Of a stretch of DNA of 64,000 bases, positions 38,521 through 48,159 are shown piece by piece. The notes under the pieces are model-generated. The model ran no database searches. It was not told the DNA's origin and worked only from the letters and a program-made list of their open reading frames with translations. The stretch's first letter is position 1, and every line of letters starts with the position of its first letter. A program made the position numbers and the translations under genes. This DNA is from Vulcanimicrobiota bacterium. Its GTDB lineage: Bacteria > Vulcanimicrobiota > Vulcanimicrobiia > Vulcanimicrobiales > Vulcanimicrobiaceae. The stretch lies in assembly GCA_963833095.1 (NCBI GenBank), contig CAWHWQ010000005.1, positions 576,023 to 640,022 of the forward strand, in the 5' to 3' direction.

Positions 38521-39501
38521 CTATGCTCCTTTGGAGAGGGCTTTGACGCGGCGCATCTCGGCTTCCACTTCGGCAACCAATGCTTCAGGCCGTTCGCGGT
38601 ACTTGGCCCAGAGCTGCGGCATGTGCGCGATATCGTCGAGTACGCGCGTGTAGACGCTATTGACCGGCGTCGGCACCCCGTTCGCGTGTCCGGCGGCAGC
38701 CACCGCGCCGTTGAGCCAATCCACTTCGCTATGGGTTTTGCCGGCGCGCAGATCGAGTAAGAGCGAGGGCGGCTTGCTCCCCCGGCCGCCCGCGATCTGT
38801 CGAGCCATGACAGCCCGCGCGAGCGGACTGGGGAGTGCCGCAGACGCGATCAAAGCGCGCACGGGATACCGCGGCAAGTCGATCGGCCGAAGTTTCATCG
38901 CCGACATCACCGCGCTCACTTCGCGAATCATGCGAATCTCCAGCGTGTAGATCTTTTCGAAGTGGACCATGCGCGCCGGAAGCACGTTAAGGATCGCACA
39001 ACTCGCGTTGGCAACGACGTTCAGCGCGAGCTTGCTCCACTTGAGCGCGCGCCAGTCGTCAACCACGTTCACCCGCAAACCGCTGCTGACGAAGGTTGCG
39101 ACCAGCCAGTTGTAGGCACTCTCACCCACCGGCGAAAAGGCCAGGCCTCCGCCTTCTTTAGCGGCGGTTGCGTGTCCGTCGCGGTCGAGATCCACCGGTA
39201 CCGTGAGCGCGGCGGCGACGACATTGTTCGCACCAAAGGCCTCCGCGAGTTTCTCCTCGTTCCCGACGCCGTTTTGCGGAGACACGAAGACGCACTTCTG
39301 CGGATACGCGATCGCCTTACGCAACGTCTCGATGGCGCCGTCGGTGTCGTAGGCCTTGGTCGCGACAATTGCCACGTCGGCTTCGTACGCGGTGACCGCG
39401 TCGAGCGCGCGAGGCGCGTACGCCACCTCGACGCCGATCGACGCGAGCCGATCGCCGAGATAACTTCCGACCGCGCCGCGCCCGACGACGTAGACTTTCA
39501 C
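38521..39501 (-). CDS. panE: 2-dehydropantoate 2-reductase family protein
   Basis: VVGRGAVG, ATKAY, QNGVG, KWSKL..N, SLLLDL..G...EVDWLNG, VPTPVN. Confidence 0.85.
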   Translation of the reverse strand: MKVYVVGRGAVGSYLGDRLASIGVEVAYAPRALDAVTAYEADVAIVATKAYDTDGAIETLRKAIAYPQKCVFVSPQNGVGNEEKLAEAFGANNVVAAALTVPVDLDRDGHATAAKEGGGLAFSPVGESAYNWLVATFVSSGLRVNVVDDWRALKWSKLALNVVANASCAILNVLPARMVHFEKIYTLEIRMIREVSAVMSAMKLRPIDLPRYPVRALIASAALPSPLARAVMARQIAGGRGSKPPSLLLDLRAGKTHSEVDWLNGAVAAAGHANGVPTPVNSVYTRVLDDIAHMPQLWAKYRERPEALVAEVEAEMRRVKALSKGA

Positions 39502-39957
39502 CGCGCTCTTCCCGTGCTACCGAAGCCGCCGACGCCGCGCTGCGCTCTCGGGCAACTCGTCGACGAGCTCGAACTGCGCGCGGGAAACCGGCGCAACAAC
39601 GATCTGCGCGATGCGATCGCCGCGTCGAATCGTCACCGGCAAGGAGCCAAGGTTGGCCAAGATCACGCCGACCGGACCGCGGTAATCCGCATCGATCGTC
39701 CCGGGTGTGTTCAGACACGTGACGCCGTCGCGCAACGCTAGGCCGCTGCGCGGCCGGATCTGCGCTTCGAAGCCGGGTGGCAACGCGATCGAAAGACCCG
39801 TCGGCACGAGCGCCCGCTCGCCCGGCGCGAGCGTCAACTCGTTCGTAACCGCAGCGCACAAATCCGCACCGGCGGCAAGCTCGCTCATGTAGGAGGGGAG
39901 CGGTAAATCATCCGTCCCGGGAAGCCGTTTGAGTGCCACCCGCACGAGCGTATCCAT
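39498..39957 (-). CDS. dut: dUTP diphosphatase (one extra base near 39540)
   Basis: [27 protein letters not shown]; motif 5 [10 protein letters not shown] lies in the adjacent frame and ends at a TGA overlapping the panE start. Confidence 0.93.
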
Positions 39958-39965
39958 AATGGGGC

Positions 39966-40428
39966 TCATTTAGAAAGAAGCTGCGATAACTCTTCCCGGA
40001 AGCTCTCGATATCACGGAATGAACGGTACACGCTCGCAAAGCGGATATACGCGACCGGATCGAGCGTGCTGCAACGCTTCCATCAGCTTCTCGCCGACCA
40101 TCGTCGAGCTGACCTCGCTTTCACCGCGCGCGAAGAGATCGCGCTCGAGATCGGCGGCAACAGCTTCCATTTGGTTCTCAGAGATCGGCCGTTTCTCGCA
40201 TGCCTTGCGGAGGCCGCCCAGAATCTTCTCGCGACTGAACTGTTCGCGGCGTCCGTCTTTCTTGACGACGAACAGACGCGGTGCTTCCATCCGTTCGTAC
40301 GTGGTAAAGCGATGCTTGCAGCGCGGATCCAAACATTCGCGCCGGCGGCGGACGACGGTTTCATCGTCGCGGGAGTCGACGACGCGGGTCTCGCTCTTGC
40401 GACAGGTCGGACAGATCAGCGGCAACAC
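39966..40428 (-). CDS. nrdR: Transcriptional repressor NrdR (one extra base near 40070)
   Basis: CPTC...VVDSR...RRRREC...[17 protein letters not shown]-terminal [22 protein letters not shown] in the adjacent frame. Confidence 0.95.
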
Positions 40429-40460
40429 CTCGAGGACCCCATATATTAGTGGGTACTCGT

Positions 40461-40490
40461 ATTATACGGCACTATCCCTAGTGAACGCAA
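40461..40490 (-). promoter_or_regulatory. sigma70 promoter for nrdR-dut-panE-chdC
   Basis: TTGCGT(40485-40490)-18 bp-TATAAT(40461-40466). Confidence 0.55.
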
Positions 40491-40556
40491 AAAGGCCGCC
40501 GGATGACGGTCCCTTCGAGGAACCGGTGCTCGGCAACGACAGCCGGGCATGCTTGG

Positions 40557-40706
40557 TTAGCTCGCGGCCCCGATCTTGAACATTTTGGTCCCGCACTCGG
40601 GGCACTTGCCTTCGGTCGCGGGACGGCCGTTCTTCATTGTGATCTGCACGGCGTCTTTGATCTGACGTTTGGTCTTACACTTGACGCAATAGGCTTCTGC
40701 TGCCAC
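40557..40706 (-). CDS. 49-aa zinc-ribbon protein (DUF5679-like), absent from the ORF track
   Basis: MAAEAYCVKCKTKRQIKDAVQITMKNGRPATEGKCPECGTKMFKIGAAS; GGAGG SD; hairpin plus U-run at ~40489-40517. Confidence 0.85.
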   Translation of the reverse strand: MAAEAYCVKCKTKRQIKDAVQITMKNGRPATEGKCPECGTKMFKIGAAS

Positions 40707-40834
40707 CTGAGGATCCTCCAGAGCTTCGGGCTAGGTGCGGCTCCCCGTATTCGGGTACGCCACGGGGCCTCCTACCGTGAACCCAAGTGCGGGCGCCCCT
40801 TGCCGCCGCAGGGGCCGCGAGGGAAGGCTGATCC

Positions 40835-41693
40835 GTGGATGCTCCGGAGTATACCACCCGCGCGACCTTCGAGGCCCTGCGGGGCGAGCGTGGCCTGGTC
40901 TTCGAGGGGCTCGGGCTTTGGTCCAGCGGCAGCCTCGAGGGGCTCGCTCGGCCCTGCGTGGCGCTAGTCGGGACGCGAGCAGCAACCCCGTATGGACGAA
41001 GACTCGCGCGTGCGTTCGCTCGCGAGCTCGGTGCGGCCGGCTGCTCTATCGTTTCGGGCTTAGCGCTCGGCATCGACGCCGCCGCCCACGAGGGGGCGTT
41101 GGATTACGGAGCACCGACGATCGGCGTCTTGGGCAGCGGACACCGCTGCTTCTTCCCGCGCCGCAACCTCGAGCTTGCCGAGCGCATGATCGCGGCGCGC
41201 GGCGCGGTGCTCTCGCCCTTTCCACCCGAACAGGAAGCGGCACCCTGGCACTTTCTCGCGCGCAACGCAATCGTTGCGGCACTCGCCGACGCGGTGGTCG
41301 TGATCGAAGCGCCGGCGCGCAGTGGTGCACTCAACACCGCCGGCTGGGCCGCGCCCAGAATTCCGGTCCTCGCGGTTCCCGGTGATATAGACCGGGCCCA
41401 TGTCGCGGGCTGTCATGCGCTCATTCGCGACGGAGCGATCCTTGCACGTAGCGCTGCCGACGTGTTGGAGGTGTTGCACCTTGCGCGCGCGGTAGTGCCG
41501 TCGCGGCCGCAACGCGAGGGCGTCCCACGGCGCGCTTCTGGCGGCGCTCGCAGCCGGTGAGCAAGATCTCGACGGGCTGATCGAAGCGACGGGACTCGCG
41601 CCCGCGCAGGCGTTAGCCGAACTCGCACTGCTCGAACTCGAAGGCGTGGTGGAGCGGCGCGGCGCAACGCGCTTTGCATGCAGCTCCGGCTAG
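40835..41693 (+). CDS. dprA: DNA-processing protein DprA (one extra base near 41524)
   Basis: VALVGTR..TPYG, VSGLALGID..AH, RN.IVAAL, EAP.RSGAL.TA; winged-helix tail LALLELEGVVER in the adjacent frame. Confidence 0.92.
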
Positions 41694-42139
41694 TCGCCGT
41701 CGATAAACTTCGCACTGCGTATATCGCACAGGCGTGCGCGGAATTCCGCAAACGGCTCGAGCCGTACTTCAGCTATGACGAGATCGAAGTCCGGCCATCC
41801 CACGGCGGCGATCCGCGCGCTGCGATGCGCGAAGAAGCGGAGCGGATCCTCAAGCAGGTGCGTCCCGACGACCGCGTCTGGCTGTTGGAACGCACCGGGA
41901 CGAGCTTTTCCAGCCCGCAACTTGCGAGCGAGATCGATAAGGTCGCGCGTGACGGCGCACCACGCCTGACCTTTGTCGTAGCCGGAACCTACGGCGCGGA
42001 CGCATCGCTGCACGAGCGAGCCGATATGCTCTGGTCGCTCTCGTCGCTGACGTTCTTGCACGAGTGGGCACGCGCGATCGTGCTGGAACAGCTCTACCGT
42101 GCGGCGAAGATTTCACGTAATGAGCCTTACCACCATTGA
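41678..42139 (+). CDS. rlmH: 23S rRNA m3Psi1915 methyltransferase
   Basis: SLSSLTFLHEWAR..VLEQLYRA......PYHH. Confidence 0.92.
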   Translation: MQLRLVAVDKLRTAYIAQACAEFRKRLEPYFSYDEIEVRPSHGGDPRAAMREEAERILKQVRPDDRVWLLERTGTSFSSPQLASEIDKVARDGAPRLTFVVAGTYGADASLHERADMLWSLSSLTFLHEWARAIVLEQLYRAAKISRNEPYHH

Positions 42140-42165
42140 GGCGGGTTGCGCTGGACGCTGACTCC

Positions 42166-43824
42166 ATGCTGCCCGACGACGCGCTCGACGCGTTCGCGCG
42201 GACGGTCGAAAGCATCGTTGCACGCGCGTATCCGGACGCACCGCCCGCACCGGTCACCTTCGAGGCGCCGCGGCGTCCCGAGTTCGGCGATTTCGCAACC
42301 AACATTGCATTCACGCTGGCCAAGGCCGCGCGCCGCTCTCCGAACGAGGTAGCAGTCGGCCTCATCGAAAAGCTGCGCGGCGAATCGCCCGGCGTCGCGG
42401 CGCGCTTCTCATCGATCGATGCGGTTGCGGGTTTTATCAACGTGCGCCTAGCACCGGCGGTGTGGCAAGCCTCGATCGCGCGAATCGTGCGCGACGGTGC
42501 CAACTTCGGTCGCGCGCTTCCGCGCGGGGAGCGAATCTCACTCGAATTCGGCAGCGCCAATCCCACCGGGCCGCTCGTTGTCGTGCAAGGGCGCACGCTC
42601 TCGATCGGCGACGCGCTGGTGCGCGCCTTCCGCTACTGCGGCTACGATGTCTTCGTGGAGTGGATCATCAACGATGCGGGCTCGCAGATGGAGACGCTAG
42701 GCCGATCGCTCTTCGCGCGCTACATGCAGCACTACGATCCCGCGTTCGCCTTTCCTGAGGACGGCTATCCGGGCGAGTATCTCGTTCCGATCGCCGAGGC
42801 GATCGTCGCGCGCGATGGTGAAAAGTGGCGCAATCTGCCCGATGCACCGATCGCCCAATTCGCGCAGACCGGCCGCGACGCGATTTTGGGCGAGCAACGG
42901 GCGACCGCCGAGCGGTTCGGCGTGCATTACGATCTGTGGCAAAGCGAAAAAGAGCTGCGCTCGAGCGGCCGGATGGCCGAAGACCTCGACAAGCTACGCG
43001 CGATGGGGCTGATTTACGAAGCGGACGGCGCGCACTATTTCCGCACGTCGGAATTCGGCGACGATAAGGACCGGGTCATCATCCGCAGTGACGGCAGCCC
43101 AACCTATTTTGCGCCGGACATCGCCTACCACTTCGAAAAACTCAGCCGCGCCGATCGCGCGATCGACATCCTCGGTCCCGATCATCACGGTTACATCGGG
43201 CGCCTCAAGGCGGCGGCCGCCGCGATGGGCTTTCCCGGCAAGCTCGACATCCTCATCGCCCAGCAGATCACCCTGATGCGGGGCGGCGAGCAGGTCAGCA
43301 TGAGCAAGCGCGAAGGCAACATCATTACGCTCGACGAGATCCTCGACGAAGTCGGCGTCGATGCCGCTCGCTTTTTCTTCACCATGCTCGCGACCGATTC
43401 GCCGTTGACCTTCGATTTAAAGCTTGCAGTCGAACAGAGCAGCGATAACCCGGTCTACTACGTGCAGTACGGGCACGCGCGGATCGCCTCGGTGCTGCGC
43501 CGCGCCGATCCGGCCGACGTCGACGCCGCGCGTACGCCGGCCGCACTCGCTGCGCTAACCCACGATGCAGAGATAACGCTGGCGCGCCGTCTTGCCGAGC
43601 TGCCGCGCGTCGTGCAGGGCGTCGTCGACAATCTTGCGCCGCACCGGCTCACCAAATACGCGCGCGACGTCGCAACCGATTTCCACCAGTTCTACACCGA
43701 ATGCACGATCTTGGTCGACGAACGCGAACTGCGTCTCGCGCGTCTGGCACTATGCGTCGCAACGAAATCCGTGCTTGCCGAGGTGCTCGAGCTGATCGGC
43801 ATCAGCGCGCCGGAATCGATGTAG
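42166..43824 (+). CDS. argS: Arginine--tRNA ligase
   Basis: FGDFATN, GFINVRL, SANPTGP, DDKDRVIIRSDG.PTY, MSKR, NPVYYVQYGHARI, APESM. Confidence 0.96.
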   Translation: MLPDDALDAFARTVESIVARAYPDAPPAPVTFEAPRRPEFGDFATNIAFTLAKAARRSPNEVAVGLIEKLRGESPGVAARFSSIDAVAGFINVRLAPAVWQASIARIVRDGANFGRALPRGERISLEFGSANPTGPLVVVQGRTLSIGDALVRAFRYCGYDVFVEWIINDAGSQMETLGRSLFARYMQHYDPAFAFPEDGYPGEYLVPIAEAIVARDGEKWRNLPDAPIAQFAQTGRDAILGEQRATAERFGVHYDLWQSEKELRSSGRMAEDLDKLRAMGLIYEADGAHYFRTSEFGDDKDRVIIRSDGSPTYFAPDIAYHFEKLSRADRAIDILGPDHHGYIGRLKAAAAAMGFPGKLDILIAQQITLMRGGEQVSMSKREGNIITLDEILDEVGVDAARFFFTMLATDSPLTFDLKLAVEQSSDNPVYYVQYGHARIASVLRRADPADVDAARTPAALAALTHDAEITLARRLAELPRVVQGVVDNLAPHRLTKYARDVATDFHQFYTECTILVDERELRLARLALCVATKSVLAEVLELIGISAPESM

Positions 43825-43841
43825 TTGACGGTGAGCGCGGC

Positions 43842-45347
43842 TCACATCAGCGCCTTTCCCAAGCGTGCCCCGTCCGGACTGCCGAGCCCGGTGACCGGAT
43901 CCCAACCCACGGCGGCGTTGTAGCCGCCGTTACTTCCAGCGGTAATGTCGCGGATCGGTCCAGTTGAACTCGGGTAGCCGCTTAATCCGTACAGCTTGGG
44001 GTTGATAAAGCCAACGCTCGTTCCAAGTTGCTGATTCATCAGTGCGATGAGCCCGGCCCATAACGGAGCAACCGCGCTCGTACCGCCGACAACCACGCTT
44101 TGCCCGTCGACGCGAACGCTGTAGCCCGAATTGGGATCGGCATCGGCGCTTACGTCGGGGACGCCGCGCCCGCCGCTGGGACTCGACGGCGCGGGAACGT
44201 GCGCGCTCGATTGCCACGCCGGAAGCGCGAAGGTTTCGCTCACGCCACCGCCCGAATCGCTCCACGCGGTCTCCGAGGCGATCGTCGTGCCCGAGGCGCT
44301 TAGCGTCGTACCGCCGCACCCGAGCGCATGCGGGCTCGACGCGGGAAAATCCGCGTGCGGTGCGCCGTCGCTCTGCCCGTCGCTCGATCCGCCGTCACCG
44401 GATGCTACGCAGACGGTTACGCCCATTGCCGCTGCGGCAGCGCAGGCCTGATCGAGCGAGGTCATCGCCGCGCTCGTCCAATTCGATTCCGCGTCGCCCC
44501 AGCTGATCGAGATCACTGAGGGAGTGTGTGTCGTGTCGTGAACCGCGCTTGTCACCGCATCGATAAAGCCTTGGTCGGTATTCGGCGCAAAATACATCAC
44601 GATCGTCGCACCATGCGCGACCGTGCCCGCGACCTCCACGTCGAGCATCACTTCGGTGTCGGAATCCTGATCCGTCCCGGGTGAATTTGTCGCGCCGTCT
44701 ACCGTAACGACGCTCACAGCAGCTTCCGGAACGCCAAGCTGCGCGCAATAGGCCGAAAAATCGCTCGCGTTATAACCACCGCCGAGTTCGATGATGGCGA
44801 TAGTCTCGCCGCTTCCGTCAACGCCCGCCGGAAAGTCGTAAAGCGCCGCGATTTGCGGCGGCGTAAATGATGTCGCGGGATTGACCGCGCGGCGACTACG
44901 CGGGCGAGCTTGCGGACGCGTGTCCAAGCCAAGGACCGCTTCGACTACGTTGGCGAGACTCACGGGAAGCGAAATCGCTCCGGTGCGTCCGCGAAATGTG
45001 GTTGAGCCGATGCTGTAGGTCCCAAGAGACACACCGAACGCTGCCGACATTTGCGCAACCGTGCCTTCCAGCCGAACGGTGCGCCGAGCCGGCTCGCGCT
45101 CGATCACGCTTAGTCCGTTTTCTTGCGCAAACGCATCGACGCGCTCGAGGTCCCCCTCACCCGCGCCATAGGCGGCGGCAAACTCCTCGCGCGAGAGATG
45201 TCCGGGCAATGGCGGGCTCGCGTGCTTCGAACGAACGCGAAGCGTCACGGCGATGCGTTCCTCCGAATCAGCGACGGCAACAAACTCTCCAGGCGGCCGG
45301 CTACGCGTGCTACCCGGTACGGTCCAACGATCTTCCGATGAGGCCAT
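43842..45347 (-). CDS. Kumamolisin/sedolisin (S53) protease
   Basis: Prodomain; EVMLD (Glu/Asp), SISWG, SGDGG, GGTSAVAP, GWDPVTGLGSP. Confidence 0.93.
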   Translation of the reverse strand: MASSEDRWTVPGSTRSRPPGEFVAVADSEERIAVTLRVRSKHASPPLPGHLSREEFAAAYGAGEGDLERVDAFAQENGLSVIEREPARRTVRLEGTVAQMSAAFGVSLGTYSIGSTTFRGRTGAISLPVSLANVVEAVLGLDTRPQARPRSRRAVNPATSFTPPQIAALYDFPAGVDGSGETIAIIELGGGYNASDFSAYCAQLGVPEAAVSVVTVDGATNSPGTDQDSDTEVMLDVEVAGTVAHGATIVMYFAPNTDQGFIDAVTSAVHDTTHTPSVISISWGDAESNWTSAAMTSLDQACAAAAAMGVTVCVASGDGGSSDGQSDGAPHADFPASSPHALGCGGTTLSASGTTIASETAWSDSGGGVSETFALPAWQSSAHVPAPSSPSGGRGVPDVSADADPNSGYSVRVDGQSVVVGGTSAVAPLWAGLIALMNQQLGTSVGFINPKLYGLSGYPSSTGPIRDITAGSNGGYNAAVGWDPVTGLGSPDGARLGKALM

Positions 45348-45369
45348 GCTGGTTTCTACCCAGTTTTTG

Positions 45370-46446
45370 TTAGGTCTGATCCAATCGCGTCGTGAGCCAC
45401 GGTGCCACGAAGTAGCGCCACAGAATCTTAATGAGGGCCGCTGCAGGGATGCCCAGCAAGAGGCCCGGGATGCCGAAAAGTTCCCCGCCGGCAAATACCG
45501 CGAACATCACGCCGATGGGCGAAACGCCGACTGATTGCCCCATGATTTTCGGCACCAGGACGTTATCGCTGACACGCGCGATCAAAAACATGATCACCTG
45601 CACCCATAAAATCATCCATCCGCCTTGCGGCGCGCAAAGCACGACCGCGATGCATTGCGCGATGAGCATCCCGATCACGGGGACCGCGTACGCTATCGCC
45701 GTGATGATGCCGAGAATCAGCGAGAATTTGAAACCGATCAGCGCGGACAGCACCGCCACGGCAATGCCGGTTATCGCGCTTACGAGAACTTGACCAGAGA
45801 TAAAACTGCCGAAGGTCTCGGTCACTTCGGTCGCGAGCTTGCGCGCAGTGGCGCGCCGCTTGACCGGGAAGAGCGAGACGAAAGCCGCGACGATTTGCTG
45901 GTCGTTGAGCAAAAAGAAAAACGAGAGCACGATCGATGAGAAGGCTACGAAGAACGCCGTGGCCGCCCCGATCAAGATCGCCCCGAGCGAGGTCAGCGAT
46001 CCGGTAACAAGCGCGGTGAGCCTTTGGCTGCCGAGTTGTCCGATATCAAACGCGTTCTGCGGAATGATCAAGCCTGGAACGTGGAGCTGCAGCCACGCTT
46101 CGGCATCCTGCGTCCAGACTTGGATCGATTCAACGAACGCTGGAGCATTCGCGGCCAGCACCTGCAATTGCGCAATCGTCAGCGGAACGATTACCAGCAG
46201 CCCCACGACGATCACGATCGTCAGCGCCAAAAACACGATCGTAATTGCGAGGGCCTTGGGAACACGACGCCGCACGAGGGCACGACACACTGGATTCACG
46301 CCGAACGCGATAAAGGCCGCGATCAAGAAAATTGAAATCGTGCGCGGGATATGCTCGACGAAGACGTAGAGCACGACCAGGATCGCGATTCCGGCGAGGA
46401 CCAGCAACACACGGCGCCATCCGCCGGGGCTTATAGCGTTTTGCAC
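45370..46446 (-). CDS. AI-2E family transporter
   Basis: Multi-TM; DNVLVPKIMGQSVGVSP, GELFGIPGLLLGIP. Confidence 0.88.
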   Translation of the reverse strand: MQNAISPGGWRRVLLVLAGIAILVVLYVFVEHIPRTISIFLIAAFIAFGVNPVCRALVRRRVPKALAITIVFLALTIVIVVGLLVIVPLTIAQLQVLAANAPAFVESIQVWTQDAEAWLQLHVPGLIIPQNAFDIGQLGSQRLTALVTGSLTSLGAILIGAATAFFVAFSSIVLSFFFLLNDQQIVAAFVSLFPVKRRATARKLATEVTETFGSFISGQVLVSAITGIAVAVLSALIGFKFSLILGIITAIAYAVPVIGMLIAQCIAVVLCAPQGGWMILWVQVIMFLIARVSDNVLVPKIMGQSVGVSPIGVMFAVFAGGELFGIPGLLLGIPAAALIKILWRYFVAPWLTTRLDQT

Positions 46447-46892
46447 AGCAAGCGCCGTTCGGTGCGGTAGCCTGCCCGTTCGTACAGCGCCCGCGCAGCG
46501 GCGTTCTCTTCGGTCACCATCAACGCCATGTACGGGGCTCCGCGCTTGCGGGCTTCATCTTCGGCTCGTTCCAGCAGCGCTGATCCGATCCCCGCCTCGC
46601 GCGAACGTGGCTCAACGGCCATATACACGACGAACGCTTGGTCATCACCCGTCACTTCGTCGGGAAGCGAATCTAAGGCAAGCATAAATCCCACGCGCAC
46701 GCCGTCGGCTTCGGCGATCAGCGCAAGGTGTTCGCGGCGATCCACGATCGCGAGCAACCGCTCGAAGTTTGCCAGCACCGCCGGTGGCTCAACGCGGCGC
46801 AGCGACGAGACGCTGTCCATCGCCGTGCGCTTGCCGAGCGTCTCGATAAACGCGCGGTCGTTCGCCGTCGCCGCGCGGATCTGTAGATTCAA
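46431..46892 (-). CDS. GNAT acetyltransferase
   Basis: MAVEPRSREAGIGSALL, V.EEN.AARALYER.GY. Confidence 0.85.
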   Translation of the reverse strand: MNLQIRAATANDRAFIETLGKRTAMDSVSSLRRVEPPAVLANFERLLAIVDRREHLALIAEADGVRVGFMLALDSLPDEVTGDDQAFVVYMAVEPRSREAGIGSALLERAEDEARKRGAPYMALMVTEENAAARALYERAGYRTERRLLCKTL

Positions 46893-47455
46893 TTGCGGCG
46901 CGAGCCGGGATCGTCGATCGGTACACCGGCGGTACACAACGGGCAGGCGCCGGCATCGTGCGATTCGAGCGGCATATTCACAAGAGCGTGCGTCGGCACG
47001 CCGAAGTCGGCGTCACCGCGCTGTACGATGATCCCGACGCCAGCAACCTGCGCGCCATGCCGGCGTACGACCTCGATGACTTCGCGCACGGAAAGGCCCG
47101 TCGTAACGACGTCTTCCACGACCAAAGCGCGATCCTGCGGCGTCAATATGAAGCTGCGACGCAAGGTCGCTGCGCCGTTTTCCTTTTCTACGAAGATCGC
47201 ATCGGTGCCGAGTTGGCGCGCAACCTCGTAGCCGAGCACGATGCCCCCGACCGCCGCGCTGACGACGATCGTCGGCTTAACCGCACGGAAAGCCGCGGCA
47301 ATCTCTTTGGCGACTGCTTCTACGAGCGGAGGGCTTTCAAGGATGCGAAACTTCTGAATGAAGGCGTCGCTGTGGCGCCCCGAACTCAACCGAAAATGCC
47401 CACGCAGGAGCGCGCCACGATCGCGTAGCGCGCGCTCAAGATCGAACTCAGGCAA
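46889..47455 (-). CDS. pyrE: Orotate phosphoribosyltransferase
   Basis: GHFRLSSGRHS, VVEDVVTTG, C-terminal CPLC...PGSR. Confidence 0.93.
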   Translation of the reverse strand: MPEFDLERALRDRGALLRGHFRLSSGRHSDAFIQKFRILESPPLVEAVAKEIAAAFRAVKPTIVVSAAVGGIVLGYEVARQLGTDAIFVEKENGAATLRRSFILTPQDRALVVEDVVTTGLSVREVIEVVRRHGAQVAGVGIIVQRGDADFGVPTHALVNMPLESHDAGACPLCTAGVPIDDPGSRRN

Positions 47456-48158
47456 GAGCGTGTATGTCTTCCAAGACCGCGCGCGCTGCCGCGAGCGGAT
47501 CGGCAGCCTGAACGATCGGGCGTCCGACGACGAGATAGTCGGCGCCTACGGCGACCGCTTGCGCCGGTGTCATCACGCGTTTTTGATCGCCGTGCGCCTC
47601 TCCCGCCGGTCGAATGCCCGGCGTAAGCGTGAGAAAATCCTGACCGAAGAAACCCTTGAGATCCGCAACTTCGTGCGCACTGCAGACCACGCCCGAGCAG
47701 CCAGCGTCGCGGGCGAGAGCCGCGAGACGCGTCGTGTTTTCGCCCGGGCCACCGTGTAAGCCGAGTTCGGCCAAGTCTTCAGCACCGTGGCTCGTGAGGA
47801 TCGTCACCGCAAAGATGTGCGGCACCGTGATGCCGAGTTCTTCGGCGCGCTCCTGCGCCGACTCAACCGCCGCGCGCATCATTTCGACGCCCCCAAGCGC
47901 GTGAACGTTGACGATGTGGGCTCCCGGACGCACGAGTTGCGTCATCGAAGCGCCGACCGTCCGGGGAATGTCGTGCAGCTTCGCATCGACGAAGTACCGC
48001 ACGTCGCGCGCTTCGCAATAGGAGAAGATACGCTCGGGATAACCGTACAGCGACTCCAAGCCAATCTTGAAGATCACGTCGAGCGGATAGAGCTGATCGA
48101 TCAGCCGTTCCGCCTCGTCGGCGGAAGGCACGTCCAGCGCGACGATTAGTTGAGCCAT
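47448..48158 (-). CDS. pyrF: Orotidine-5'-phosphate decarboxylase
   Basis: IVALD, DAKLHDIPRTV, VTILTS, TPGIRP, DQKR, VVGRPI. Confidence 0.96.
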   Translation of the reverse strand: MAQLIVALDVPSADEAERLIDQLYPLDVIFKIGLESLYGYPERIFSYCEARDVRYFVDAKLHDIPRTVGASMTQLVRPGAHIVNVHALGGVEMMRAAVESAQERAEELGITVPHIFAVTILTSHGAEDLAELGLHGGPGENTTRLAALARDAGCSGVVCSAHEVADLKGFFGQDFLTLTPGIRPAGEAHGDQKRVMTPAQAVAVGADYLVVGRPIVQAADPLAAARAVLEDIHALA

Positions 48159-48159
48159 T

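Noticed and set aside
39498..40428. dut and nrdR as true pseudogenes or programmed frameshifts
   Set aside because: The downstream frames are fully conserved, there are no slippery sites, and the same +1 pattern recurs in unrelated genes.
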